The position numbers were made by a program, and so were the translations under genes. The notes under the pieces are model-generated. The model saw only the letters and a list, made by a program, of their open reading frames with translations, was not told the DNA's origin and made no database searches. Below, piece by piece: positions 55,180 through 63,741 of a stretch of 64,000 bases of DNA; the first letter of the stretch is position 1; each line of letters opens with the position of its first letter. The stretch covers positions 995 to 64,994 of the forward strand of contig JBMCYV010000005.1 in the NCBI GenBank assembly GCA_049199595.1. The letters run 5' to 3'. The DNA is from Candidatus Nitrosomirales archaeon. Its GTDB lineage: Archaea; Thermoproteota; Nitrososphaeria; Nitrososphaerales; UBA213.

Positions 55180-55677
55180 GTGCAGAAGGAAGGAAAAAAA
55201 CTATTCGATAAGAAAGCCAGTTTGATTTCAGTAATCATTCTTGCGGTATTTATTTTTCCAATTACTTTCGTGCACGAACTGGGTCATGTCATGATATGTG
55301 CGTTGGACGGTTACTCATATGACATCAAAGTTAGCCTAATTGCGGCATCTGTCATATGTGACGGCACATCTTCGAACCTCATGCTTTACTGGTCGTTCGG
55401 TGGTTTGCTGGCCATGTTTGTAGCATTATCGCCTTTAGTGGCGTGGAATTGGGTAAAGAGAAACAACGGAGTGCTAATAGGCTCACTTACCATTGCAACT
55501 GGACATGGCATCAATGCAGTTATAGAAACATTTCTGCATTCGTGGTATGTGACAAATATAGCATTTGCTTCAACCACATTGATAACAATACCTACGATCT
55601 TTGCGTATGTTGTACTCCTAGTAGTTTTTGGTAGAGCTAAGCAAGGTCCAGATTCTTTTATACAGAAAACTGCTTAA
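55180..55677 (+). CDS. small polytopic membrane protein with an HExxH motif (putative zincin-like peptidase, DUF3267-like)
   Basis: GTG start. HELGHVMICAL lies at the end of the first TM helix. It has 4-5 TM helices and 165 aa. Confidence 0.5.
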   Translation: MQKEGKKLFDKKASLISVIILAVFIFPITFVHELGHVMICALDGYSYDIKVSLIAASVICDGTSSNLMLYWSFGGLLAMFVALSPLVAWNWVKRNNGVLIGSLTIATGHGINAVIETFLHSWYVTNIAFASTTLITIPTIFAYVVLLVVFGRAKQGPDSFIQKTA

Positions 55678-55745
55678 AGCATGAATCTAGTCTATATAAC
55701 TTGAGTTACATATGATTATTATAATTTAATCTCTCATAAATTTAC

Positions 55746-55853
55746 GAGTGGTCGGGCCTTATATTTGAAACCCACCAACGCGCTTTGCAAGACGCCCCCA
55801 CGGTTAGCAGCCACGAAAAGTCTTGGCGCTATAAAACCGCCCGGCTACTCATA
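55746..55853 (+). ncRNA. candidate structured ncRNA of unknown class (nested long stems)
   Basis: A 12-bp outer stem (55746-57 GAGTGGTCGGGC with 55839-50 GCCCGGCTACTC) includes two G-U pairs that are valid only on the plus strand. An inner 10-bp stem pairs 55780-83 and 55788-93 with 55820-29. It forms a GC-rich island in an AT-rich spacer, with attattataatttaa about 20-30 nt upstream. Confidence 0.4.
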
Positions 55854-55864
55854 ACTTATCTTCG

Positions 55865-56056
55865 TTATGACCATCTTATCTGTGACATAACGTCGCTCCA
55901 ATACCGTATAACACCATTGAAGTAATCGCCTACTATTTGTGGGTCTACGTTTGTAGGAATAAAGGTGAATCCAGCCATGATTGGCAGCGCAAGTCCAACC
56001 CCTAATAATATCCAAAACAATTTTCCCATAATCTCACTCCGACTCGACTCAGTCAA
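55865..56056 (-). CDS. small single-TM hypothetical protein (the start is probably ATG at 56029)
   Basis: MGKLFWILLGVGLALPIMAGFTF is a TM helix. The listed TTG start is doubtful. Confidence 0.35.
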   Translation of the reverse strand: MTESSRSEIMGKLFWILLGVGLALPIMAGFTFIPTNVDPQIVGDYFNGVIRYWSDVMSQIRWS

Positions 56057-56057
56057 A

Positions 56058-56249
56058 TCAAGTCTTTATGCGCTTTCCCACCATGACTGTCACCATGGCA
56101 TGCGCACATTTTGAACAGCAGCATGACTTCAAGCAGCAAGATCCACAGTGGGTGCAACAAAAGCACCAGTCATATGCTCTCCATATATGCCAGCAGCTGT
56201 TTCTTGCTACTCTTACCACCTGCTTCAAGGGTGCGAGGCTCATACTCAT
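56058..56249 (-). CDS. possible 63-aa Cys-rich protein (13 Cys, 3 His)
   Basis: CWHIWRAYDWCFCCTHCGSCCLKSCCCSKCAH. It lies directly upstream of the small TM ORF on the same strand. The region is low-complexity (gctgct/cagcag), so a spurious ORF is possible. Confidence 0.25.
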   Translation of the reverse strand: MSMSLAPLKQVVRVARNSCWHIWRAYDWCFCCTHCGSCCLKSCCCSKCAHAMVTVMVGKRIKT

Positions 56250-56416
56250 GATTATAACAGGTTTTGATATAAGGAATACGGCGAAACAATTGTTTCACAT
56301 ATAACCAAAGGGTACTCAATAACAGTGCTGCCCAACATGCGTGATCCACATGTTTCTTTACGGTTCAATTCGCATGATCGATTTCTGCCCTAGGGTTTTT
56401 ATTCTCCAGTGTTCAA

Positions 56417-57058
56417 TTGTGCGGCATGGAAATGGACAGTATGCGATCATCAATTGACAGTATAATGGATAATCTGCAGTCGACTCAGGGCAGGAGGGAA
56501 AAGCTGATCAAAGGTACAAGAGATGTAATAATGCTGTGCAGCAAATCCATAGTATCATTGCACAGCGGAAAGTTTGACGAAGCATCACAGCAAGCGAAGC
56601 AGGCAAGAGAACTGCTTGACGAATTAAGACAGGAGGCACAGGCAGATCTTTATAGATACATGATTGGGGCCGAGACCGAACTTGTTGAAGCAAACGCATT
56701 GAAAGCAATAATTTCTGGATCAAGCATACCTTCTATGGATAGCCTGAATGTTAAGGGCGACTCGTACATACTAGGCTTGCTTGACTGCGTGGGTGAACTC
56801 AAGCGGCTGGTGTATGACAAGATAAGAGTAGGGAAGAGCGTGGAAGCGAACAACCTGTTTGCCTTGATGGAGCAGATATACTCAGCACTCTTCCCCTTCG
56901 CTGCATATGACAACATAGTGCCAGGTGTTAGGAGGAAGCTTGATGTTGCCAGAATCCTAATCGAAGACACGAGGGCTGCAGTTACAGAGGATTCTAGGAG
57001 GTTAGCGATGCTAGACGCCATAGACAAGCTTTACAGCAAGCTATCGAAAGGGGTCTAG
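56417..57058 (+). CDS. translin-family-like protein
   Basis: All-helical 213 aa with SYILGLLDCVGELKRLVYDKI, resembling the translin Y-x-x-G-x-x-D-x-x-GEL-x-R block. The call is by eye only. Confidence 0.45.
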   Translation: MCGMEMDSMRSSIDSIMDNLQSTQGRREKLIKGTRDVIMLCSKSIVSLHSGKFDEASQQAKQARELLDELRQEAQADLYRYMIGAETELVEANALKAIISGSSIPSMDSLNVKGDSYILGLLDCVGELKRLVYDKIRVGKSVEANNLFALMEQIYSALFPFAAYDNIVPGVRRKLDVARILIEDTRAAVTEDSRRLAMLDAIDKLYSKLSKGV

Positions 57059-57059
57059 A

Positions 57060-57998
57060 GTGAAACTCAAGTTTGGAATCAGGATAGTGCTTTACCAGCA
57101 GAGCTTCGAGCCAATAAAGAACTACGTTCTTGCAGCGGAAAAACTTGGTTACGATAGTATATGGGTTAACGATCATTTTCTACCTATAGTAGGCTCGTTG
57201 CAGAAGCCAATGCTTGAATGCTGGACTGTCTTGTCAGCGCTTGCTAGTGTTACGACGAGCATAAGGTTGGGTTCCCTAGTTCTGAATAACACTTTCAGGT
57301 ATCCGCAGTTAGTGGCAAAGATGGCAGCTACGCTGGATGTTATCAGCAATGGCAGGTTAGAGCTGGGAATGGGTGCTGGTTGGTTCAAGCTGGAGCACAA
57401 GATGTTCGGCTTGCCTTATAGAAATCATTCTACACGGACAGCGATGCTAATAGAAGCCATTCAACTTATCAAAGATCTGTGGGGGAATGAAACAATGACC
57501 TACGATGGAAATTTTTATCATGTTAAGGATGCAATCTGCCTTCCAAAGCCGTTGCAGAAACCGAATCCCCCAATACTTGTTGGAGGTTATTCCGATCGCA
57601 TACTTAGTCTTGTAGCAAGATATGCAGACAAAGCAAACTTCTTAATTGTTTCAAGCAGGAAATTTGCAGAGAGAGCTGAAATACTTAAGGAGAAATGCGA
57701 TAAAGTCGGAAGAGACTATTCACAGATACGAAAAAGTTTCTTTGGAGAAGCAATGGTGGTTCGCTCAGAAGAGGAGACAAAAGAGCAGATAGAGAGAAGG
57801 TTGAAGGAAAGGAAGATATCAGTACTGAATGCGGCGGAGTATTCGAAAAAATGCATAATTGACACGCCCGAGAGATGTGTGGAACGTATAGCTGAGTATA
57901 GGAAGGCAGGGGCAGAAGAGTTCATGCTGGTCTTTCCAGACCTTGACACCAATCAGATAAAGATATTTGCTGACAGCGTGATATCATGTATAAGTTAA
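57060..57998 (+). CDS. LLM-class (luciferase-like) F420-dependent oxidoreductase
   Basis: GTG start. GYDSIWVNDHF, RLELGMGAGW, ILVGGYSDR. Confidence 0.85.
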   Translation: MKLKFGIRIVLYQQSFEPIKNYVLAAEKLGYDSIWVNDHFLPIVGSLQKPMLECWTVLSALASVTTSIRLGSLVLNNTFRYPQLVAKMAATLDVISNGRLELGMGAGWFKLEHKMFGLPYRNHSTRTAMLIEAIQLIKDLWGNETMTYDGNFYHVKDAICLPKPLQKPNPPILVGGYSDRILSLVARYADKANFLIVSSRKFAERAEILKEKCDKVGRDYSQIRKSFFGEAMVVRSEEETKEQIERRLKERKISVLNAAEYSKKCIIDTPERCVERIAEYRKAGAEEFMLVFPDLDTNQIKIFADSVISCIS

Positions 57999-58621
57999 TG
58001 GGTCTTACAGTAGAAGAAGCAATCAAGCTGCAGCAAAACATGGCTAAGGATGTTGTCAAGCACGATGTTATAGAACAGCAGAAGATAAAGCATATCTGCG
58101 GCGTTGACATTTCTTATCGTGGCAATAAGGCGTTTTCTTGCGCGGTAGTAATAGAACGAAAGAGTTTAGCTGTAATCGAGTCTGCATACCATGAATCGAC
58201 CGTTGAAAGCCCATATATTCCCGGGCTACTGTTTTTGCGAGAATCTGAACCCATCCTTGCAGTTCTTGACAAACTTCATGATTACGATCTTCTTATGGTA
58301 GATGGACATGGTATGTTACATCCAAGAAAGTTCGGGATTGCTTGTTACATTGGTGTTAAGATAGACAGGCCGACAATAGGGGTTGGTAAGAGTTTGCTAT
58401 GTGGCACCGTGGTACAGAAAAATAACTCCCAAATGGTTCAGCTTGATGGTAAAAAGCTTGGTATAGTTGTAAAGACAAACAGTAAACCGATCTATGTTAG
58501 CATAGGCCACAAGGTAAGTTTGAAGACTGCTTCAAAGATAGTAAAGGAAGTTACGAAGTACAGAATTCCAGAACCGCTGAGGCTTGCTGACATAAACGCT
58601 AGAAAGATGGCTAGAACTTAA
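57986..58621 (+). CDS. nfi: endonuclease V
   Basis: ICGVDISY, IPGLLFLRE, LLMVDGHGMLHPRKFGIACYIGV, SIGHKVSL. Confidence 0.9.
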   Translation: MYKLMGLTVEEAIKLQQNMAKDVVKHDVIEQQKIKHICGVDISYRGNKAFSCAVVIERKSLAVIESAYHESTVESPYIPGLLFLRESEPILAVLDKLHDYDLLMVDGHGMLHPRKFGIACYIGVKIDRPTIGVGKSLLCGTVVQKNNSQMVQLDGKKLGIVVKTNSKPIYVSIGHKVSLKTASKIVKEVTKYRIPEPLRLADINARKMART

Positions 58622-60090
58622 GAAGCATATACTTCCGGTTTTACCTCGAATCTTTCAAACGCTTCGTTCAGTTCATGTAACAACCGGTCGTGCCACTGCG
58701 GAAAACCTTCAGGTGTTTTGGGATAGTTGCGATAATGCCCAACAAGGAATTTGTTCTTGTCTGCAGTATACTTCAATCCTTCTGCAGTCTTCTTGTTGAG
58801 TGCTCCCCTTATGAACATGTTTATTTTATCTATGTATCCAAAGTCTGGATGTTCGCCATGCGAGATTTTATCCACATCCAATTTTGAAAGAAAGTGTTTC
58901 ATTCCGTAGTTTATCTGCTCGTTCGTCAGTGTTTGCAGGAATCTTCTAAAAACCTCAAGTCCAGAAGTCTTGTAACCATAATCGTGAACAAAATCAACAT
59001 TGTAGTTCCAGAGACCTTTTTCGCTGGTATCGTTGGCTTCAAGCGCCTGTACAGCGTCCTTACCAGCAATCACAGAGGCAATAATAGCTGGTCCTATACC
59101 ACCAGCGTCCAATGGTTTCGGCATCCATGCCGCATCACCAACGATCATGTAACCATTGCCGACCATGCAGTCGTTCTGTCTTCTGACAGAAACCTGCCAA
59201 GTACCCCATCCGTTGCCCTCATCTGCAAAACCATCTGCTATCTTTGGATTCTTTATTACAGGATTATCTTTGACATAATTATCTATAAGCATCTTTAGAT
59301 CTTCCTTTTTACCAAGAGTTTTGTTCCTGATCTCCATACTCTTCTGCTGGACTCCCAAACCAATGTTCGCCTTGCGTTCAGATTTCGGAAACACCCAAGC
59401 ATAACCACCGGGGGCGATCATCTGATCTAGGTGTATGATCGCATAATCTGGATCGAAGTATGTTTTATCGTTGGAAGCAGGCTCAAAGTCAAGTATGTAT
59501 CGTCCGGTTGCTTCCAGATCATCCCTGTCTATCTTCTTTTGTATGTAGCTGTTTATTGGCAAGTTGGTTCTAAGCACTGAAGTAACGCCAGCACAATCTA
59601 TCACAAGTCTAGCGGTCTTCTTGAATACTGAATTGTCCTTAAGATAGTTGCCTATAACACCCTTAACAAAACCATCTTCAGCATAAACACCTCTCAAGGC
59701 AACCTCCCACTGAAACTCCACACCAACCTTCACTGCATCATTGTACTGTTTTTGTGGTAGGAGCCTTCGGTTCAAGATGTATCCCTCGCCATCAAAGTAG
59801 ATCGATGTTTCGTGATCTGGAGAATAAGCTACAACTCCCTTGACAGGATGCTCGATCTCGGGCTTGTTCCAATGTATACCCACACGCTCGGTCATGTAAT
59901 CAACACTGTTCTTGCCAACAGCATCGCCACAAACCCATCCTGTCAACGTTTTCATTCCTGCTTTCGGTTGCGGGTTTCTATCTACTATTAAGATCTTCAG
60001 GTTCTGGTGCGAATATATTGAGGCAGAAGCAGCAGCGATCATTCCAGCAATTCCTGCACCAGCAACTATAATGTCATAATCCGCATTCAC
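58618..60090 (-). CDS. FAD-dependent geranylgeranyl reductase family oxidoreductase (long form, 490 aa)
   Basis: The N-terminus YDIIVAGAGIAGMIAAA is GxGxxG. Also GGYAWVFPK and MIVGDAAW. Confidence 0.85.
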   Translation of the reverse strand: MNADYDIIVAGAGIAGMIAAASASIYSHQNLKILIVDRNPQPKAGMKTLTGWVCGDAVGKNSVDYMTERVGIHWNKPEIEHPVKGVVAYSPDHETSIYFDGEGYILNRRLLPQKQYNDAVKVGVEFQWEVALRGVYAEDGFVKGVIGNYLKDNSVFKKTARLVIDCAGVTSVLRTNLPINSYIQKKIDRDDLEATGRYILDFEPASNDKTYFDPDYAIIHLDQMIAPGGYAWVFPKSERKANIGLGVQQKSMEIRNKTLGKKEDLKMLIDNYVKDNPVIKNPKIADGFADEGNGWGTWQVSVRRQNDCMVGNGYMIVGDAAWMPKPLDAGGIGPAIIASVIAGKDAVQALEANDTSEKGLWNYNVDFVHDYGYKTSGLEVFRRFLQTLTNEQINYGMKHFLSKLDVDKISHGEHPDFGYIDKINMFIRGALNKKTAEGLKYTADKNKFLVGHYRNYPKTPEGFPQWHDRLLHELNEAFERFEVKPEVYAS

Positions 60091-60247
60091 AACCTAGGAA
60101 GAAAAACTCGTCTAATTTAAATTTGACCGTAAGTGTCAATCAAAGCAAAATTTTGGGTCGGTTCGTCGCGAGGTCTTCATAGCTTTTTGCTCAGCTTGGA
60201 GCGGCTCGTTTTTACCTCATCCCGAGGTTTACTTTCATCGCGCAGTA

Positions 60248-60556
60248 TTAATATCTATTCCCAGCGATGAAGCGTTTCTTGATCGCTTCTTCTCTGGAGC
60301 GCAGTGCCTTCAGAGTTCCAGACATGTTCAGGGTCACGAACTTGCCGTCCATTGAAGCTAGAGTTTCCAAAAGATGCTTAAGGTTGTCAAGTTCGCATCG
60401 CAAGATCAAAAATCCGCCTACATCAGATATGATCTTGAGCGATGTTTTTTCCAGATCGACAGTACCAAATTTTTCGCCATATCTTTGTTTTATTGCATCT
60501 AGCAAATCTCCACTCCCAGTATAATGCATCAGAATATACCTCTTCTTTGGTTTCAC
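60248..60556 (-). CDS. RNase P protein component Pop5 (Rnp2)-like
   Basis: KKRYILMHY..., FLILRCELDN and LNMSGTLKAL follow the order of archaeal Pop5 blocks (KKRYI, iRC, vSGTik). Confidence 0.6.
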   Translation of the reverse strand: MKPKKRYILMHYTGSGDLLDAIKQRYGEKFGTVDLEKTSLKIISDVGGFLILRCELDNLKHLLETLASMDGKFVTLNMSGTLKALRSREEAIKKRFIAGNRY

Positions 60557-60996
60557 GCACTTTGCACCAAGAATTTTCTATAGTTTTCCATTTCACGCTC
60601 AGGCTGGAATCTCCTAACTGTCTTGAGTTTGATCTTAAGAGAATCTGTCTGTGACAGCACGGCCTTCTGCTCAAACAGCTTCTGCTTGCTTATTCTAATG
60701 TAGAGCGAATTCTTTTCATCTACGAAAAGATCAAAGTTGTCGTGCATAAACATCCTGTCTGCATCACTCATCATTCCAGCTATTTTGTATGCTATTTCTG
60801 TGGCCTGCTTGCCGTTGATGTTCGCTTTCAATAGCATGATTTCATTCCCGAAATGCCCCCTGACACCGTTTACGCCGAACTCTTCAGGTTTTACACTGAG
60901 TATAGCCTCAACTGTAGCCAACACTTTCCGCTTGTCTTCTGTAGCATGTATGACTAACTCAATCTCTGCAGACGCGAAGTTTGCTTCTACGCTCAT
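60553..60996 (-). CDS. DUF54/COG1325-type RNA-binding protein (predicted exosome-associated subunit)
   Basis: IELVIHATEDKRKVLATVEAIL is the family N-terminal block. It overlaps the Pop5 start by 4 nt, the usual partner arrangement. Confidence 0.6.
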   Translation of the reverse strand: MSVEANFASAEIELVIHATEDKRKVLATVEAILSVKPEEFGVNGVRGHFGNEIMLLKANINGKQATEIAYKIAGMMSDADRMFMHDNFDLFVDEKNSLYIRISKQKLFEQKAVLSQTDSLKIKLKTVRRFQPEREMENYRKFLVQSA

Positions 60997-61107
60997 AGCA
61001 TAACACTACCAGAAATCCAGAACGTTGCTTAACAAGTTTTCTACGGATTCAGTCTCGATGAGCTTATCGATAAAATTATAAACAATTCTCTGGCGTGAAA
61101 ACATACG

Positions 61108-62112
61108 TTGAACAAAGCATTCATAGTTTTCGCGGCGTTATCGCTATTATTCCCATCATTTCTGAATTTGCAGGAAGTTTTGGCAACACATACTAATATT
61201 TTCATTCCAGTTTTGGAGATGGAACCCAAAAGCCCGATTGCCGGGCATGCGGTAAAAGTGACAACTGTCTTGACGAATAAAGGTAATATGGATATGTCTA
61301 ACATTAAACTTTCGATCGGTATTGACGGCGAATGGATGAAAGATGATATTAATGTCAACGTTCCTGCGATGAAGAGTGCAAGAGTATCATTTAGTATTGT
61401 AATGTCAGTCACTTCTGGGGAACATCAACTCAAGGCGTGTCCAGATAGAGAATCATTAGGAGATGAAGGTGATCAGTGCCAAACTCTGGATTTTGTAGTT
61501 CTTGATGAATCTGCCGTTGTTGTAGCAATACTATCACCCAAGGACGAAGAGACATTGCATGGCAACGCAAGCATCAAGGTAGCGGCTCTGGGAGAGGATG
61601 TGACCAAGGTTGAACTATACCTGTTAAACAAACTTGTGGATACCAAATACGAAGCACCGTTCGATTTCACCTTTGACACGACCAAGTACGAGGATGGCAA
61701 GTACAAGGCATATGTTATTGCTTACTACGATTCTGGAATATCAAAACCATCGTCTGTCAAGGAATATTTCATCATCAACAGCGATAGCGTGATAGTTACA
61801 GCAAAACCTGGACAGACGCAGGAAGCGCAAGCAAAGCTCGGGCAGAATGTTGTAATAGAGTCAGATATAACCAATGGTCAGCCTTTCAAGATTGCTGCAA
61901 CATTTATTGTGTTGATAAAGGATTCCAATGGTTTTACTGAATTTCTCTCGTGGAGGGAGGAGAGAATATCCTCAAATGAAACGTTTCCCATGTCCAAATC
62001 ATGGATTCCAGACACGGCGGGTGAATATGCGATACGAGTCTTTCTATGGGATACCATCGAAAGTGCGGTACCGCTTACAGTTGTCATGGAAGCAAATATC
62101 GTTGTTGGCTAA
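61108..62112 (+). CDS. secreted protein with CARDB-like and Ig-like domains
   Basis: Signal MNKAFIVFAALSLLFPSFL. A GHAVKVTTVLTNKGN block is CARDB-like. A middle module (ILSPKDEETLHGNASIKV...KVELYLLNKLV) resembles the protease Ig-like repeats. Confidence 0.55.
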   Translation: MNKAFIVFAALSLLFPSFLNLQEVLATHTNIFIPVLEMEPKSPIAGHAVKVTTVLTNKGNMDMSNIKLSIGIDGEWMKDDINVNVPAMKSARVSFSIVMSVTSGEHQLKACPDRESLGDEGDQCQTLDFVVLDESAVVVAILSPKDEETLHGNASIKVAALGEDVTKVELYLLNKLVDTKYEAPFDFTFDTTKYEDGKYKAYVIAYYDSGISKPSSVKEYFIINSDSVIVTAKPGQTQEAQAKLGQNVVIESDITNGQPFKIAATFIVLIKDSNGFTEFLSWREERISSNETFPMSKSWIPDTAGEYAIRVFLWDTIESAVPLTVVMEANIVVG

Positions 62113-62221
62113 TAGTCAGCTTTGAGAGTATGCATCAGCTTGTTCTTAATGTATTATTGGTTCAGAGATGGTTTTCATAGAAACTTTATTGAAGAAACAG
62201 CGTTGCGAAATTTTCCCTTAT

Positions 62222-62325
62222 TTCTAGCCTGCTTTTCCTAGCCTTATATAGAACCCCCCCCTCTACTAGCTTTTACATCCGTGCGTTTTTTGGCGCATTA
62301 GGGAAGATCCTCCATGTCTAGGTAT
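62222..62325. repeat. copy B (inverted) of the ~100-nt intergenic repeat seen at 6488-6585
   Basis: The reverse complement of 62228-62300 aligns with 6505-6575 (see copy A). It lies between the convergent genes 61108-62112 (+) and 62368-63702 (-). Confidence 0.6.
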
Positions 62326-62367
62326 GAGATCATGGTATGTATCTATGAATGATAGAGTTTGAACTAA

Positions 62368-63702
62368 CTACATTACACTATACGCACATCTGGCACCATC
62401 TATCCTAATGTATGGCGCTCCTTCAGACATACGAAAGCCTTTTTCAGTATTCGGTATGAGCGAAATCAGCTTGCCTATAGCATCTATCTTCTGCATCAGG
62501 TTTCTTACGCTATCGATCAACTTTATGTTCTTTATCGCTTCCTTGATCTCCTTCTGTTCAATAACGTATGCTATAACCGGCTCCAGCTCAACTATGCCGT
62601 TGGTAGTATTTACTTCCGCTCTGTTCACACCCTTCATAAAGATTCCATGCTTCGTATCTTCAAGCATTTCATCTAGATGCCAATCTGATGTACTGATGTA
62701 GATGTTGCTCATTGACGGTCTTGGAACCTCCGATATTCCATATGCATTACCAGGAGAATCGCCCTCCTTTGCCGTTAACCTTGTGTGCAGGAGGTTCACA
62801 GCACCATTACTAACAAGAACCTTCTTTCTACCTCTAACACCTTCGTCATCCCACACAAACGAACCGTACGCGCCCGGTATGGAGGGATTGTCAATTATCT
62901 CCAGCTCGTTTGGTATATTCAGCGCATGAAACACTTGGCTCTTGAACTCGTCGGCTTGCAGCATATACGCGATCAAGCGTGCCAACGCACCAGCAGCTTC
63001 ACTATCAAGTATGATCCTGAACTTCTTGCCAGATTCAAGGGGTGAGAACTGCTTTGCTCCGGCTGTGTTTCGTATAGTCTTTGTCAGTTCGTCGATCATA
63101 CTTTCAATATCCTTGCGTTCAATGGTCTCCATGCCTCCCTTACCTCCAATGATCTTCTTGGTTGACAGCACTCCAGACTGTGTTTTTACGGTTAGGTGCA
63201 CCGCAAGATCAACGGTGCTGAATGACTCCTTCACATCCGTACCCTCGCTTGTAACCAAACCTGTGCCAAATTCTGTGTATGAAAGAACAATCTCGATCCT
63301 GTTTGTTAAGGAACCCAGTTTCTCCTTCATCGTGTCCCTAACATGCATCATGAAATCTTGCGCATCTGCAGCATTCAATTTCTTTCTGACAGGGTGTTCA
63401 TACGATCCATGTTCTGGTTTGACACCAACTAAACTTGCATTGCCACTAATACTTGTTGCATGATCGATTGCTTGTCCTATCGTATCTTCAATATGTTTCT
63501 CTCCTATCTTGTTCGTACTTGCTATACCATACCCTTTGTCAAGTGCTCTGCATCCAATTATTTGATCTTCGTTTTCGCTGACCTGAAAGTAATCGTTGCT
63601 TAACTTAACCTCAATACAATTCTTGCCCAAGGTTCTGATATCGGCATATTTTACCCCTCTGACCTTTGCAAGATATTTCATAATGCTGTCATTATCTAGC
63701 AT
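62368..63702 (-). CDS. TldD/PmbA-family metalloprotease
   Basis: 444 aa. The N-terminal YADIR block, the mid GxGG region and the C-terminal beta-rich domain fit the TldD/PmbA fold. The call is by eye. Confidence 0.7.
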   Translation of the reverse strand: MLDNDSIMKYLAKVRGVKYADIRTLGKNCIEVKLSNDYFQVSENEDQIIGCRALDKGYGIASTNKIGEKHIEDTIGQAIDHATSISGNASLVGVKPEHGSYEHPVRKKLNAADAQDFMMHVRDTMKEKLGSLTNRIEIVLSYTEFGTGLVTSEGTDVKESFSTVDLAVHLTVKTQSGVLSTKKIIGGKGGMETIERKDIESMIDELTKTIRNTAGAKQFSPLESGKKFRIILDSEAAGALARLIAYMLQADEFKSQVFHALNIPNELEIIDNPSIPGAYGSFVWDDEGVRGRKKVLVSNGAVNLLHTRLTAKEGDSPGNAYGISEVPRPSMSNIYISTSDWHLDEMLEDTKHGIFMKGVNRAEVNTTNGIVELEPVIAYVIEQKEIKEAIKNIKLIDSVRNLMQKIDAIGKLISLIPNTEKGFRMSEGAPYIRIDGARCAYSVM

Positions 63703-63741
63703 GAATCTATGATATCTTATGCAAAATTAATATTTTAACTT

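Noticed and set aside
56068-56304. 78-aa Gln/His-rich plus-strand ORF opposite the Cys-rich ORF.
   Set aside because: It is a low-complexity product of the same cagcag-rich DNA and has no operon partner on the plus strand. It is not called as a feature, but it remains the alternative to the minus-strand micro-ORF.
60130-60247. GC-rich spacer after Pop5 with GCGATGA / GGATGAG / CTGA words on the minus strand and an ACCTC..GAGGT hairpin.
   Set aside because: The guide spacings do not fit a C/D sRNA: there is no D' box, and the C'-to-D distance is about 22 nt. The terminal stem is only 2 bp. Evidence is insufficient to call an RNA gene.
6488-62325. Idea that the two inverted ~100-nt repeats are terminal inverted repeats of a 56-kb mobile or invertible segment.
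   Set aside because: The intervening DNA is core housekeeping (nuo operon, ribosomal proteins, ligase, TBP, tRNAs, 5S rRNA) with no integrase or transposase. A dispersed small element is far more plausible.
62942-63463. 173-aa plus-strand ORF.
   Set aside because: It is antisense to the TldD/PmbA gene. It is Ser/Leu/Phe-rich shadow sequence with no motifs.
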